This document shows positions 1 to 16,486 of a DNA stretch of 24,000 nucleotides, one piece after another. Position numbers and translations under genes: made by a program. Under the pieces are notes generated by a model. It made no database searches and had not been told where the DNA came from. It saw only the letters and a program-made list of their open reading frames with translations. The DNA comes from Serratia proteamaculans (GTDB lineage: Bacteria > Pseudomonadota > Gammaproteobacteria > Enterobacterales > Enterobacteriaceae), in contig NZ_SRIA01000013.1 of NCBI RefSeq assembly GCF_004684015.1, forward strand, positions 124,579 through 148,578. The letters run 5' to 3'. The first letter of the stretch is position 1, and each line of letters begins with the position of its first letter.

Positions 1-1322
1 TCTGGCATCTCGATACCCAGCGTATTCAGAATGGCTCGGTACTGCGTTCCACCGTGGAACAGAACAATCAGGTGCTTGGGTTGCTGAGGGAAAAGGGCTG
101 CGACTATTGCCATACCCCGTCGGCTTCGCTTCCGTTCTACGCCTCTTTTCCCATCGCCAAACAGTTGATGGAATACGATATTCGTCTGGGTTACTCCTCC
201 TTCAATCTGGAACCCGTGCGCAGCGCCCTGATTAAAGATAGGCCGCAGGCGCAAAGCGACCTGAATAAAATTGAGTGGGTAATGCAACACCAAACCATGC
301 CACCCACCCGCTATGTGGCTTTGCACTGGGCTGGGCAGATCAATCCCGATGAAAGGAAAATTCTACTTGCCTGGATAGCGCAGCAACGTGCGCGTTATTA
401 CGCCAGTGCCGATACCGCAGAGCCACATCGTAATGAGCCCGTTCAACCGATCCCCAAAACATTGCCGGTTGATGGGCGAAAGGTGGCATTGGGTTTTCGG
501 CTTTATCACGATCCTCGCCTTTCCGGGGATAACACTATTTCCTGTGCTCATTGTCATTCGTTGAATACAGGTGGGGTAGATGGAAGAAAAACCTCCATCG
601 GAGTTGGCGGCGCGGTGGGGCCGATTAACGCACCAACGGTGTTTAACTCGGTGTTCAATAGCGAACAATTCTGGGATGGTCGAGCGCCGACGCTACAGGC
701 CCAGGCGGGTGGCCCGCCATTAAATTCGATCGAAATGGCTTCCAAATCCTGGGATGACATTATCGATAAACTCGACAAAGATCCGCTGTTGACTCGCGAT
801 TTTGCTGCGGTCTATCCACAAGGGTTTAGCGGTGAAAATATTACCGATGCCATTGCCGAATTTGAAAAAACCTTAATCACCCCAAATGCCCCATTCGATA
901 ACTGGCTGCGCGGTGATGATAATGCCATGACGATGCAGCAAAAGCGTGGCTATCAATTGTTTAAGAACAATAAGTGCGCCACTTGCCATGCCGGGATCAT
1001 TTTGGGCGGGCGCTCCTTTGAGCCTTTGGGGCTGAAGCGTGATTTTAATTTTGGCGAAATCACCGCAGCAGATATAGGGCGTATGAATGTCACCAGCGAA
1101 GGGCGTGACAGGCTGCGCCAGAAGGTGCCAGGGTTGCGCAATGTGGCTCAAACCGCGCCTTATTTTCATCGTGGTGATGTCGCTACGCTGGATCAGGCGG
1201 TCAAACTGATGCTGCGCTATCAGGTGGGTAACGAACTGCCACAGCAGGATGTCGATGATATTGTCGCCTTCCTCGAAAGCCTGAACGGAGTCTATACCCC
1301 GTATCGGCAGAATGCACAATAA
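1..1322 (+). CDS. yhjA: Tri-haem cytochrome c peroxidase, YhjA-type; 5' end lies outside the window
   Basis: Frame 3 is open from base 3 with no stop before the GTG at 54, so the N-terminus is upstream of the window. Three CxxCH haem-c motifs: CDYCH nt 99-113, CAHCH nt 543-557, CATCH nt 975-989. The translation reads colinear with E. coli YhjA as I remember it (KIEWVMQ..TMPPTRY, GGPPLN.IEMAS, APYFHRGDV, LMLRYQVG). Confidence 0.9.
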   Translation, partial: WHLDTQRIQNGSVLRSTVEQNNQVLGLLREKGCDYCHTPSASLPFYASFPIAKQLMEYDIRLGYSSFNLEPVRSALIKDRPQAQSDLNKIEWVMQHQTMPPTRYVALHWAGQINPDERKILLAWIAQQRARYYASADTAEPHRNEPVQPIPKTLPVDGRKVALGFRLYHDPRLSGDNTISCAHCHSLNTGGVDGRKTSIGVGGAVGPINAPTVFNSVFNSEQFWDGRAPTLQAQAGGPPLNSIEMASKSWDDIIDKLDKDPLLTRDFAAVYPQGFSGENITDAIAEFEKTLITPNAPFDNWLRGDDNAMTMQQKRGYQLFKNNKCATCHAGIILGGRSFEPLGLKRDFNFGEITAADIGRMNVTSEGRDRLRQKVPGLRNVAQTAPYFHRGDVATLDQAVKLMLRYQVGNELPQQDVDDIVAFLESLNGVYTPYRQNAQ

Positions 1323-1479
1323 GAACAATCTCTTTTCATCTGGCCCCGGTAACGGGGCTATTCCAGCCTGATATCCCCGTCCGGCCCCCTCGTTTCTGAA
1401 CTAAAATTAAGGGTAACGATATAACGCTAATGTTATAGCGGAAGCAGGGGTCTCTACTGAATCGATGACAGGAGGCGCT

Positions 1480-1905
1480 ATGTGTTACCAACATATTGTG
1501 ATCGCCACCGACCTGAGTGATGACGGTAAACGGCTGGTGGAAAAAGGCGCGCGCCTGGCCGCTGCGCTGCAGGCTAAACTTTCCCTGATCTACGTGGATA
1601 TTTACTACGATACTTATCATGCCGCGATTGGTTTCTCGGAGAAGAGTTACGATGGGGGTTCTTTTGAAGACAAGATCAAAAAAGAGCTGGAGCCGCTGAC
1701 CCAAAACGTGAATTATCCGATCAGCGAGGTGATTATTGGGCGCGGTGATTTCACCGAGCAATTGCAAAATGCGGTGGTGGATAAAAGCATCGATCTGGTG
1801 ATCTTCGGCCACCACCACGATCTGTGGAACAAGCTGTTTTCTTCAACCCAGCATGCGATTAACCAGTTGAATGTTGACGTGCTGGTGATCCCGATTAAAT
1901 CCTGA
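1480..1905 (+). CDS. Universal stress protein, UspA family (about 141 aa)
   Basis: Usp-type layout: N-terminal YQHIVIATDLSDDG, C-terminal DLVIFGHHHD....VDVLVIP. The ATG at 1480 is preceded by AGGAGG (1470-1475), so it is preferred over the ATG at 1465 in the ORF track. The paralogue (UspC/UspD-like) is not resolved. Confidence 0.85.
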   Translation: MCYQHIVIATDLSDDGKRLVEKGARLAAALQAKLSLIYVDIYYDTYHAAIGFSEKSYDGGSFEDKIKKELEPLTQNVNYPISEVIIGRGDFTEQLQNAVVDKSIDLVIFGHHHDLWNKLFSSTQHAINQLNVDVLVIPIKS

Positions 1906-1916
1906 TGGGGGCGCAA

Positions 1917-1943
1917 CCCTGCCAGTTGAACGGCCTGGCAGGG
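1917..1943. terminator. GC-rich hairpin between convergent usp and ygjK (candidate bidirectional terminator)
   Basis: Perfect 9-bp stem CCCTGCCAG (1917-1925) / CTGGCAGGG (1935-1943) with a 9-nt loop, sitting between the two stop codons. No clear U-tract on either strand, so its function is uncertain. Confidence 0.4.
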
Positions 1944-1954
1944 TAACGGCGAGA

Positions 1955-5445
<3,491 letters not shown>

Positions 5446-5560
5446 TTAGCACGGCATAACACCGGCCAATTCAATCCATTAACACCAAGTGGGTCGACCC
5501 CGTTTCCCTGGGAGGAGGTAAAAAACCGTCTAAAGTAGAACGGTAAAGCGGCAGTTATAT

Positions 5561-5619
5561 TAGTAAAATATTTAGTAAAAAATATCGCAAAATCAGTAAA
5601 TCGTTAACTTGATCACAAA
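5561..5619 (-). promoter_or_regulatory. Candidate ygjJK promoter/operator region sharing architecture with the ebgA upstream region
   Basis: Read on the minus strand: TTTGTGATC (5619-5611), then 29 nt, then TTTTTACTAAA-tat-TTTACTA (ends at 5561). The same elements occur with almost the same spacing upstream of ebgA. TGTGA is a CRP-like half site; the second half site is poor. Confidence 0.3.
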
Positions 5620-5781
5620 GGGTGAAATCGGTATCTTCGCCACTATGCAGTGCGAAGAGTCTGAAACCGCCGCGCAGGGCGCGATAAGGATGTTTCTGAC
5701 GGGTAAAAAGGGGGGATGGCGAATCTGGGCGTATACCTTGCTGAGCTGTCCCGGTAAGCTAGTGTTTTGTCTATCCATTGA

Positions 5782-6768
<987 letters not shown>

Positions 6769-6776
6769 TTAATTTT

Positions 6777-6810
6777 CCCTGTGCGGCACGCCGATGGCTG
6801 CGGCACAGGG
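6777..6810 (+). terminator. GC-rich hairpin just after the ebgR stop (candidate terminator/insulator)
   Basis: CCCTGTGC (6777-6784) pairs perfectly with GCACAGGG (6803-6810), with an extra inner GCA/TGC pairing. It starts 9 nt after the ebgR TGA. No U-tract follows, so this is a weak call. Confidence 0.35.
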
Positions 6811-6863
6811 ACGCCCGCCAGAGTAAAAATTAACGTCATGATTAAAAGAGATATTTAATATTT

Positions 6864-10502
<3,639 letters not shown>

Positions 10503-10557
10503 CGGAAGTTTTTAATTCCAATATAAAGACCCCCTAAATAATTGGAGTTGCAACATC

Positions 10558-10613
10558 GTAGGGGCGCTGCATGCTGCGCCCGCATTCATCGGGGCGAATT
10601 TATTCGCCCCCTA
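10558..10613. repeat. Compound REP-type extragenic palindromic element
   Basis: GTAGGGG...CCCCTAC outer inverted repeat enclosing two hairpins: GGGCGCtgcatgctGCGCCC (10562-10581, a near-perfect 20-nt palindrome) and GGGGCGAATttATTCGCCCC (10591-10610, perfect 9-bp arms). It sits in the ebgC-ygjI intergenic space, a typical REP/BIME position. Confidence 0.65.
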
Positions 10614-10667
10614 CAAGGTGATTATGGTGATCAACCACAACCAACACCGGTGCAGCTTCAAGTATGA

Positions 10668-12191
<1,524 letters not shown>

Positions 12192-12211
12192 TCCATTATC
12201 GATAAAGCTCG

Positions 12212-12237
12212 CCCCTCGGCGCCCGCTGAGGGGTTTT
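12212..12237 (+). terminator. Rho-independent terminator of ygjI
   Basis: CCCCTC (12212-12217) / GAGGGG (12228-12233) stem with a GC-rich loop, followed by TTTT (12234-12237), about 20 nt after the ygjI stop. Confidence 0.6.
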
Positions 12238-12315
12238 AAATGGCGGCTCGGATAAGCGCCACTCTCATTCCTCCGATAAACTTGCGCATCAGGGTCGGGC
12301 GTCCGCACGGGGGAT

Positions 12316-12852
12316 TTATTGGGTCAACAGATAGTGGGACTGTACCAGGCCGGAAGGGAAGCTTCGGCTGGACAGTAATTTGAAATCGGCATCTTGAGGC
12401 ATCGCACCGAACAACGTTCTTCCTGAACCCAATAGCACTGGCACCGTGGTGATTACCATATCGGTGACCAGGTTTTCACGCAGGAAAGACTGTATCAGTT
12501 GCCCGCCATCGAGATAGACCCGACGGATGCTCTGTTCATCCAATTGTTCAATCAGGTGCTTTGGTGTGAGGTCGGAGAATTGTACTTTACCCTTCAGGGG
12601 CAGGGGAACTGGCTCATTGACCAGCTGTTTGGACAGTACCACGACGGGCAGGTCATAAGGCCAGGAGTCAAAGCTGAGAACTTTTTCATAAGTCCCTCGG
12701 CCCATCACGATCATGTCTTTATCAGCGATAAAGGCGTCGAAACCATGGTCTTCGCTTGGATCATCGCGTTGCAATAGCCACTCGATGTCGCCATCTCGCC
12801 GCGCGATATAACCATCCAGACTGGTAGCGATAAAAACGTGTATCGTGACCAT
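12316..12852 (-). CDS. Dihydrofolate reductase family protein (RibD C-terminal domain-like reductase, about 178 aa)
   Basis: Motifs typical of RibD_C/DHFR-like proteins: IHVFIATSLDGYIARRDGDIEWL, MGRGTYE, RRVYLDGGQLIQSFL. The ATG at 12852 is preceded by AAGGA. The 21 extra N-terminal codons in the track (to 12915) have no support. Confidence 0.75.
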   Translation of the reverse strand: MVTIHVFIATSLDGYIARRDGDIEWLLQRDDPSEDHGFDAFIADKDMIVMGRGTYEKVLSFDSWPYDLPVVVLSKQLVNEPVPLPLKGKVQFSDLTPKHLIEQLDEQSIRRVYLDGGQLIQSFLRENLVTDMVITTVPVLLGSGRTLFGAMPQDADFKLLSSRSFPSGLVQSHYLLTQ

Positions 12853-13046
12853 TGAAGGTTCCTTATTTATAAGCTGTAAAATTATTGTCCTGGAGGGCAG
12901 CAAAATCAACAACACGCGTTAAAACAAAAAATCCACGCCTTGGCGCTGAGGGATCCCCATAAATCAGCGCTAATAAACCAACACCATATTTCGGTAGGTT
13001 TTGGCGAGATGCTTCAGAATGGTGCTCAGCGCCATTCGATATAAAA

Positions 13047-13080
13047 TTAGCGGAGAATGTCGAAGGACATTCTCCGCTAA
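13047..13080 (-). terminator. Orphan intrinsic-terminator-like hairpin (leftward orientation)
   Basis: Perfect 15-bp stem TTAGCGGAGAATGTC / GACATTCTCCGCTAA with a 4-nt loop. On the minus strand it is followed by TTTTAT (13046-13041). No minus-strand gene lies upstream of it. Confidence 0.45.
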
Positions 13081-13141
13081 TGTCAGAATTTATGGAGCGG
13101 GGCTAAAGCTTCACGGAAGAACTTCTGAGATACTTGGCGAG

Positions 13142-13213
13142 CAGGCATAGAGGTGATCTCATTGAATTGTTGGAACAATCAGTAGATCACAAAACTCTAT
13201 GCCTGTCTTTTTT
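13142..13213 (+). terminator. Long compound hairpin followed by a T6 run (orphan terminator or sRNA 3' end)
   Basis: Three nested perfect inverted repeats: CAGGCATAGAG (13142-13152) / CTCTATGCCTG (13195-13205), GTGATCT (13153-13159) / AGATCAC (13184-13190), and ATTGTT (13166-13171) / AACAAT (13174-13179). TCTTTTTT follows (T6 at 13208-13213). No plus-strand ORF precedes it. Confidence 0.4.
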
Positions 13214-13215
13214 CA

Positions 13216-13252
13216 CCCGCCCATTACTGGGGATTCCCCAGTAATGGGCGGG
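13216..13252. repeat. 37-bp perfect palindrome (17-bp arms)
   Basis: CCCGCCCATTACTGGGG att CCCCAGTAATGGGCGGG, immediately after the T6 run. No U-tract follows on either strand, so it is not a standard terminator. Confidence 0.6.
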
Positions 13253-13489
13253 GATTTCAGAGTTTGCTGCAGAAGACGAGGTTTAGACGTTAAACCATAC
13301 TTACTTGTTTAAGTCGATGATATATATAGTTAATATTAATTTAATATAGCCATATACTCACGACTGTACTCATTTGATGTGATGCATCATTGGTACCCTG
13401 AACTATTTTACGAATACGTGTAATGAAGTCTTGTAGTACGTGATTAGCTCACTTCTTCATCTTTCCTGATGCTCTAACGTGAAAAAAGC

Positions 13490-13518
13490 GTCAAAGAGGC
13501 ATTTTTCATTGGTACAAT
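13490..13518 (+). promoter_or_regulatory. Candidate sigma70 promoter of the hsd operon (extended -10)
   Basis: TGgTACAAT (13510-13518) is an extended -10 match. A weak -35 GTCAAA (13490-13495) lies at 17-bp spacing, about 85 nt upstream of the hsdM ATG. Sequence inspection only. Confidence 0.3.
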
Positions 13519-13603
13519 AGGACAACTTGTCTCTGGCTTCGGCCAAACTCCATTTGTCATCTCTGATCGCCATATCAGAGACGTAAAAGTTATCAGGAAT
13601 CAT

Positions 13604-15235
13604 ATGTTAACAGGTAAGCTACGCAACCAGGTCGATGAGATCTGGACCTCCTTCTGGACCGGCGGAATCGCTAATCCCACTTCGGTTATCGAACAATTCA
13701 CCTATCTGCTGTTTATCCGCCGTCTGGATGAGCTTGAGATGCAGCGTGAGAATCAGGCGTTGTTGCGTAGCAGCTGTCTGCAAAACGCGCTCTTTCCGCC
13801 TGACAAACAGCACTACCGCTGGAACAAATTCAAGAACATTGACCCTGAGGAAATGTTTGAGCTTGTAAAGGACAAAGTTTTCCCGTTTATCAAGACTATC
13901 CACGGTCAGCAAAGCGCATTCGCTCGCCACATGAAAGACGCCATCTTCATGATCCCCAGCGCCCCAATGCTGGATAAAGTGGTTAACTTGATCGACAAGC
14001 TGGAAATGGACGATCGTGATACAAAAGGCGATCTCTACGAATACATGTTGAGCAAGTTGGGATCAGCAGGGACCAACGGCCAGTTCCGTACCCCGCGTCA
14101 TATCATCAAAATGATGGTGAATATGACCGAGCCAAAACTTGGTGGCGACAGCAGCGATGTGATTTGTGACCCGGCTTCCGGCACCTGTGGCTTCCTGATG
14201 GCCGCGGAAGAATATGTGCGCACACACCATAAAACCGCGTTAATGAAGCCAGAAAACAGCGCTCATTTCCATAATGTGATGTTCAATGCTTACGATTTTG
14301 ATCAGTCGATGCTGCGCATTGGCGCCATGAACATGATGCAGCATGGCGTGGATAACCCTGTAGTTGAATACCGCGATAGCCTGATGGATTACGGCGAAGA
14401 CAACATCAAAGACAAATTCACCCTGATCCTGGCTAACCCGCCGTTTAAGGGCAGCGTGGCCTACGATGAATTGTCGCCAGATTTGCTGACCGCACTGGGC
14501 AAATCGCCGAAAAAAGCCGAAAAGAAAGTCGTTAAGACAGAAGACGGCGAAGAGAAGAAGAAAAAAGACCCAACCGAGAAAACCGAGCTGTTGTTCCTGG
14601 CGCTGATCCTGCGCATGCTGCAGCCAGGTGGTCGCGCAGCCGTAATTGTGCCGGACGGTGTATTGTTTGGTTCGACAAAATCGCACCGTGAAATTCGTAA
14701 GACCTTGGTGGAAAAGCATAAGCTGGATGCGGTTGTTTCCCTGCCTTCTGGCGTGTTTAAACCTTACGCAGGTGTTTCAACAGCCATTCTGTTCTTCACC
14801 AAAACCAACAGCGGCGGGACGGATGATGTGTGGTTTTATGATATGCAAGCCGACGGTTTCTCGCTGGATGATAAACGTACACCGCTGATTAAAGACCAGC
14901 CGCTAACCACTGAAGCAGATACCGTTGATGAACAGGCTGCAGAAGGTGTTCAGGCTCCTTCAGAATTACCTAACCACAAATTGAGCAATATCCCTGATGT
15001 GTTGTGGCGTTGGCAAAATGCGCATAAAGAGATCGGACGTAAGCGCACCGATCAAAGCTTCTTTGTCCCAAAAAGTGAGATCGTGGAGAAAGAGTACGAT
15101 CTCAGCATCAACCGTTATAAAGAGACGCTGTATGAGGAAGTTAAGTACGAATCTCCAGCGGTGATTTTGCAGCGAATTAAAGAACTGCAAAAGGCGATGG
15201 AACAAGGGATTGCTGATTTGGAGAAAATGCTGTGA
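13604..15235 (+). CDS. hsdM: Type I restriction-modification system, DNA methyltransferase subunit HsdM (N6-adenine)
   Basis: N-terminal HsdM_N-like region (IWTSFWTGGI, QFTYLLFIRRLDE), AdoMet motif I DPASGTCGFL (from nt 14168), catalytic motif IV NPPF (14435-14446) and GGRAAVIVPDGVLFG. AGGAA Shine-Dalgarno lies before the ATG. It is followed by hsdS and hsdR. Confidence 0.95.
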   Translation: MLTGKLRNQVDEIWTSFWTGGIANPTSVIEQFTYLLFIRRLDELEMQRENQALLRSSCLQNALFPPDKQHYRWNKFKNIDPEEMFELVKDKVFPFIKTIHGQQSAFARHMKDAIFMIPSAPMLDKVVNLIDKLEMDDRDTKGDLYEYMLSKLGSAGTNGQFRTPRHIIKMMVNMTEPKLGGDSSDVICDPASGTCGFLMAAEEYVRTHHKTALMKPENSAHFHNVMFNAYDFDQSMLRIGAMNMMQHGVDNPVVEYRDSLMDYGEDNIKDKFTLILANPPFKGSVAYDELSPDLLTALGKSPKKAEKKVVKTEDGEEKKKKDPTEKTELLFLALILRMLQPGGRAAVIVPDGVLFGSTKSHREIRKTLVEKHKLDAVVSLPSGVFKPYAGVSTAILFFTKTNSGGTDDVWFYDMQADGFSLDDKRTPLIKDQPLTTEADTVDEQAAEGVQAPSELPNHKLSNIPDVLWRWQNAHKEIGRKRTDQSFFVPKSEIVEKEYDLSINRYKETLYEEVKYESPAVILQRIKELQKAMEQGIADLEKML

Positions 15236-16470
15236 ATTGGTCGATGGTGAAGTTGGGTGAGGTCCTTACATTTATAAGAGGAATCACTTTCAAGCCTGAA
15301 GAAAAGATAGATGCGTCTCATCCTGATGCTGTTATTTGTATGAGGACGAAAAACATTCAGGATGAACTGGACGAATCAGATTTAATTGCTGTTCCAAAGG
15401 CTCTTGTTAAAAGAGAAGAACTCTTTCTTAAACATGGTGATATCTTAATATCTAGTGCCAACAGTTGGAACTTAGTAGGTAAAGTCGTGCAGGTACCAAA
15501 ACTTGATTACCAGTCCACTGCTGGAGGGTTCATTTCTATATTGAGACCTGTTTTGGATAAAGTGCTGCCAGATTATTTATATTTATTTATTAATTCAGAG
15601 CAGGTTCAGCATGATATTCGATTGCTTGGAAAACAAACAACCAACATTTCAAATTTGGATCGTAAACGATTTCTTGAGCTGGAAATTCCGTTACCACCCG
15701 TTTCAATTCAAAAGCGAATAGCTGAAATACTTATGCAGTGCGGGGATTTACGTAAGCAATCTATTCAAATTAGCTCAGAACTCAACGCGCTGGCGCAAGC
15801 TGTCTATGAATCTAATGTGGGAATATCTGCAAAAGAACATTCTAATTGGAGCAGTTACACCATTTCAGATCTTTGCGATACAAGCAAAAGCAGCATGCGT
15901 ACAGGCCCATTTGGCAGTGATTTAAAACATTCAGAATTTGTCTCTTCTGGTGTTGCCGTAATCGGTATTGACAATGCAGTTTCAAATGAATTTCGTTGGG
16001 TTGAGCGGCGTTTCATAACAAAGCAAAAATATGAGAAATTAAAAAGATATACTGTTCATCCTCATGATGTAATCATTACCATTATGGGGACAACTGGCCG
16101 GGTTGCTGTGATTCCTGCTGATATACCTCTTGCAATTTCCACCAAGCACTTGGCGGTTTTAACACTTGATAAAAATAAGGCTAATCCTCATTTTATAGCT
16201 GATACTCTTAAATGGAATTCTCATGTCATAGAGCAAATTAAGAGAAGTAATAAGGGGGCTATCATGGATGGGTTAAATCTGGGGACAATAAAATCACTGG
16301 CCGTTGTGCTTCCTCCAAAAGAAATACAAGATGAATATGTTCTAAAAGCGAAAGCTATTCAGGACAGAATTGCAGAAACAAAAGAACTGAGTTTGACTCT
16401 TGAATTACAGTTCAACGCCCTAATGCAACGCGCCTTCTCCGGAAAACTGGACCTCAAAAAAGTGGCCTGA
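15232..16470 (+). CDS. hsdS: Type I restriction-modification system, specificity subunit HsdS
   Basis: GTGA start/stop overlap with hsdM. It has two variable target-recognition halves, each followed by a conserved helical spacer (LPPVSIQKRIAEIL... and LPPKEIQDEYV...LMQRAFSGKL). It is visibly AT-richer than its neighbours, as is usual for hsdS. Confidence 0.9.
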   Translation: MNWSMVKLGEVLTFIRGITFKPEEKIDASHPDAVICMRTKNIQDELDESDLIAVPKALVKREELFLKHGDILISSANSWNLVGKVVQVPKLDYQSTAGGFISILRPVLDKVLPDYLYLFINSEQVQHDIRLLGKQTTNISNLDRKRFLELEIPLPPVSIQKRIAEILMQCGDLRKQSIQISSELNALAQAVYESNVGISAKEHSNWSSYTISDLCDTSKSSMRTGPFGSDLKHSEFVSSGVAVIGIDNAVSNEFRWVERRFITKQKYEKLKRYTVHPHDVIITIMGTTGRVAVIPADIPLAISTKHLAVLTLDKNKANPHFIADTLKWNSHVIEQIKRSNKGAIMDGLNLGTIKSLAVVLPPKEIQDEYVLKAKAIQDRIAETKELSLTLELQFNALMQRAFSGKLDLKKVA

Positions 16471-16486
16471 TAAGTAAGGATACCCG

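Noticed and set aside
363-1328. Minus-strand ORFs inside yhjA (363-668, 554-778, 873-1328, 953-1141)
   Set aside because: They are antisense to a gene with three haem-binding motifs and clear homology, and no features support them.
1336-1916. Minus-strand ORFs of 160 aa and 67 aa overlapping the usp gene
   Set aside because: The plus-strand Usp reading has family motifs and a strong SD. The antisense translation has none.
13387-13515. 10-nt direct repeat TCATTGGTAC (13387-13396 and 13506-13515), considered as an att-type duplication
   Set aside because: A single 10-mer repeat within about 700 nt is not clearly beyond chance, and both copies lie on the same side of the island.
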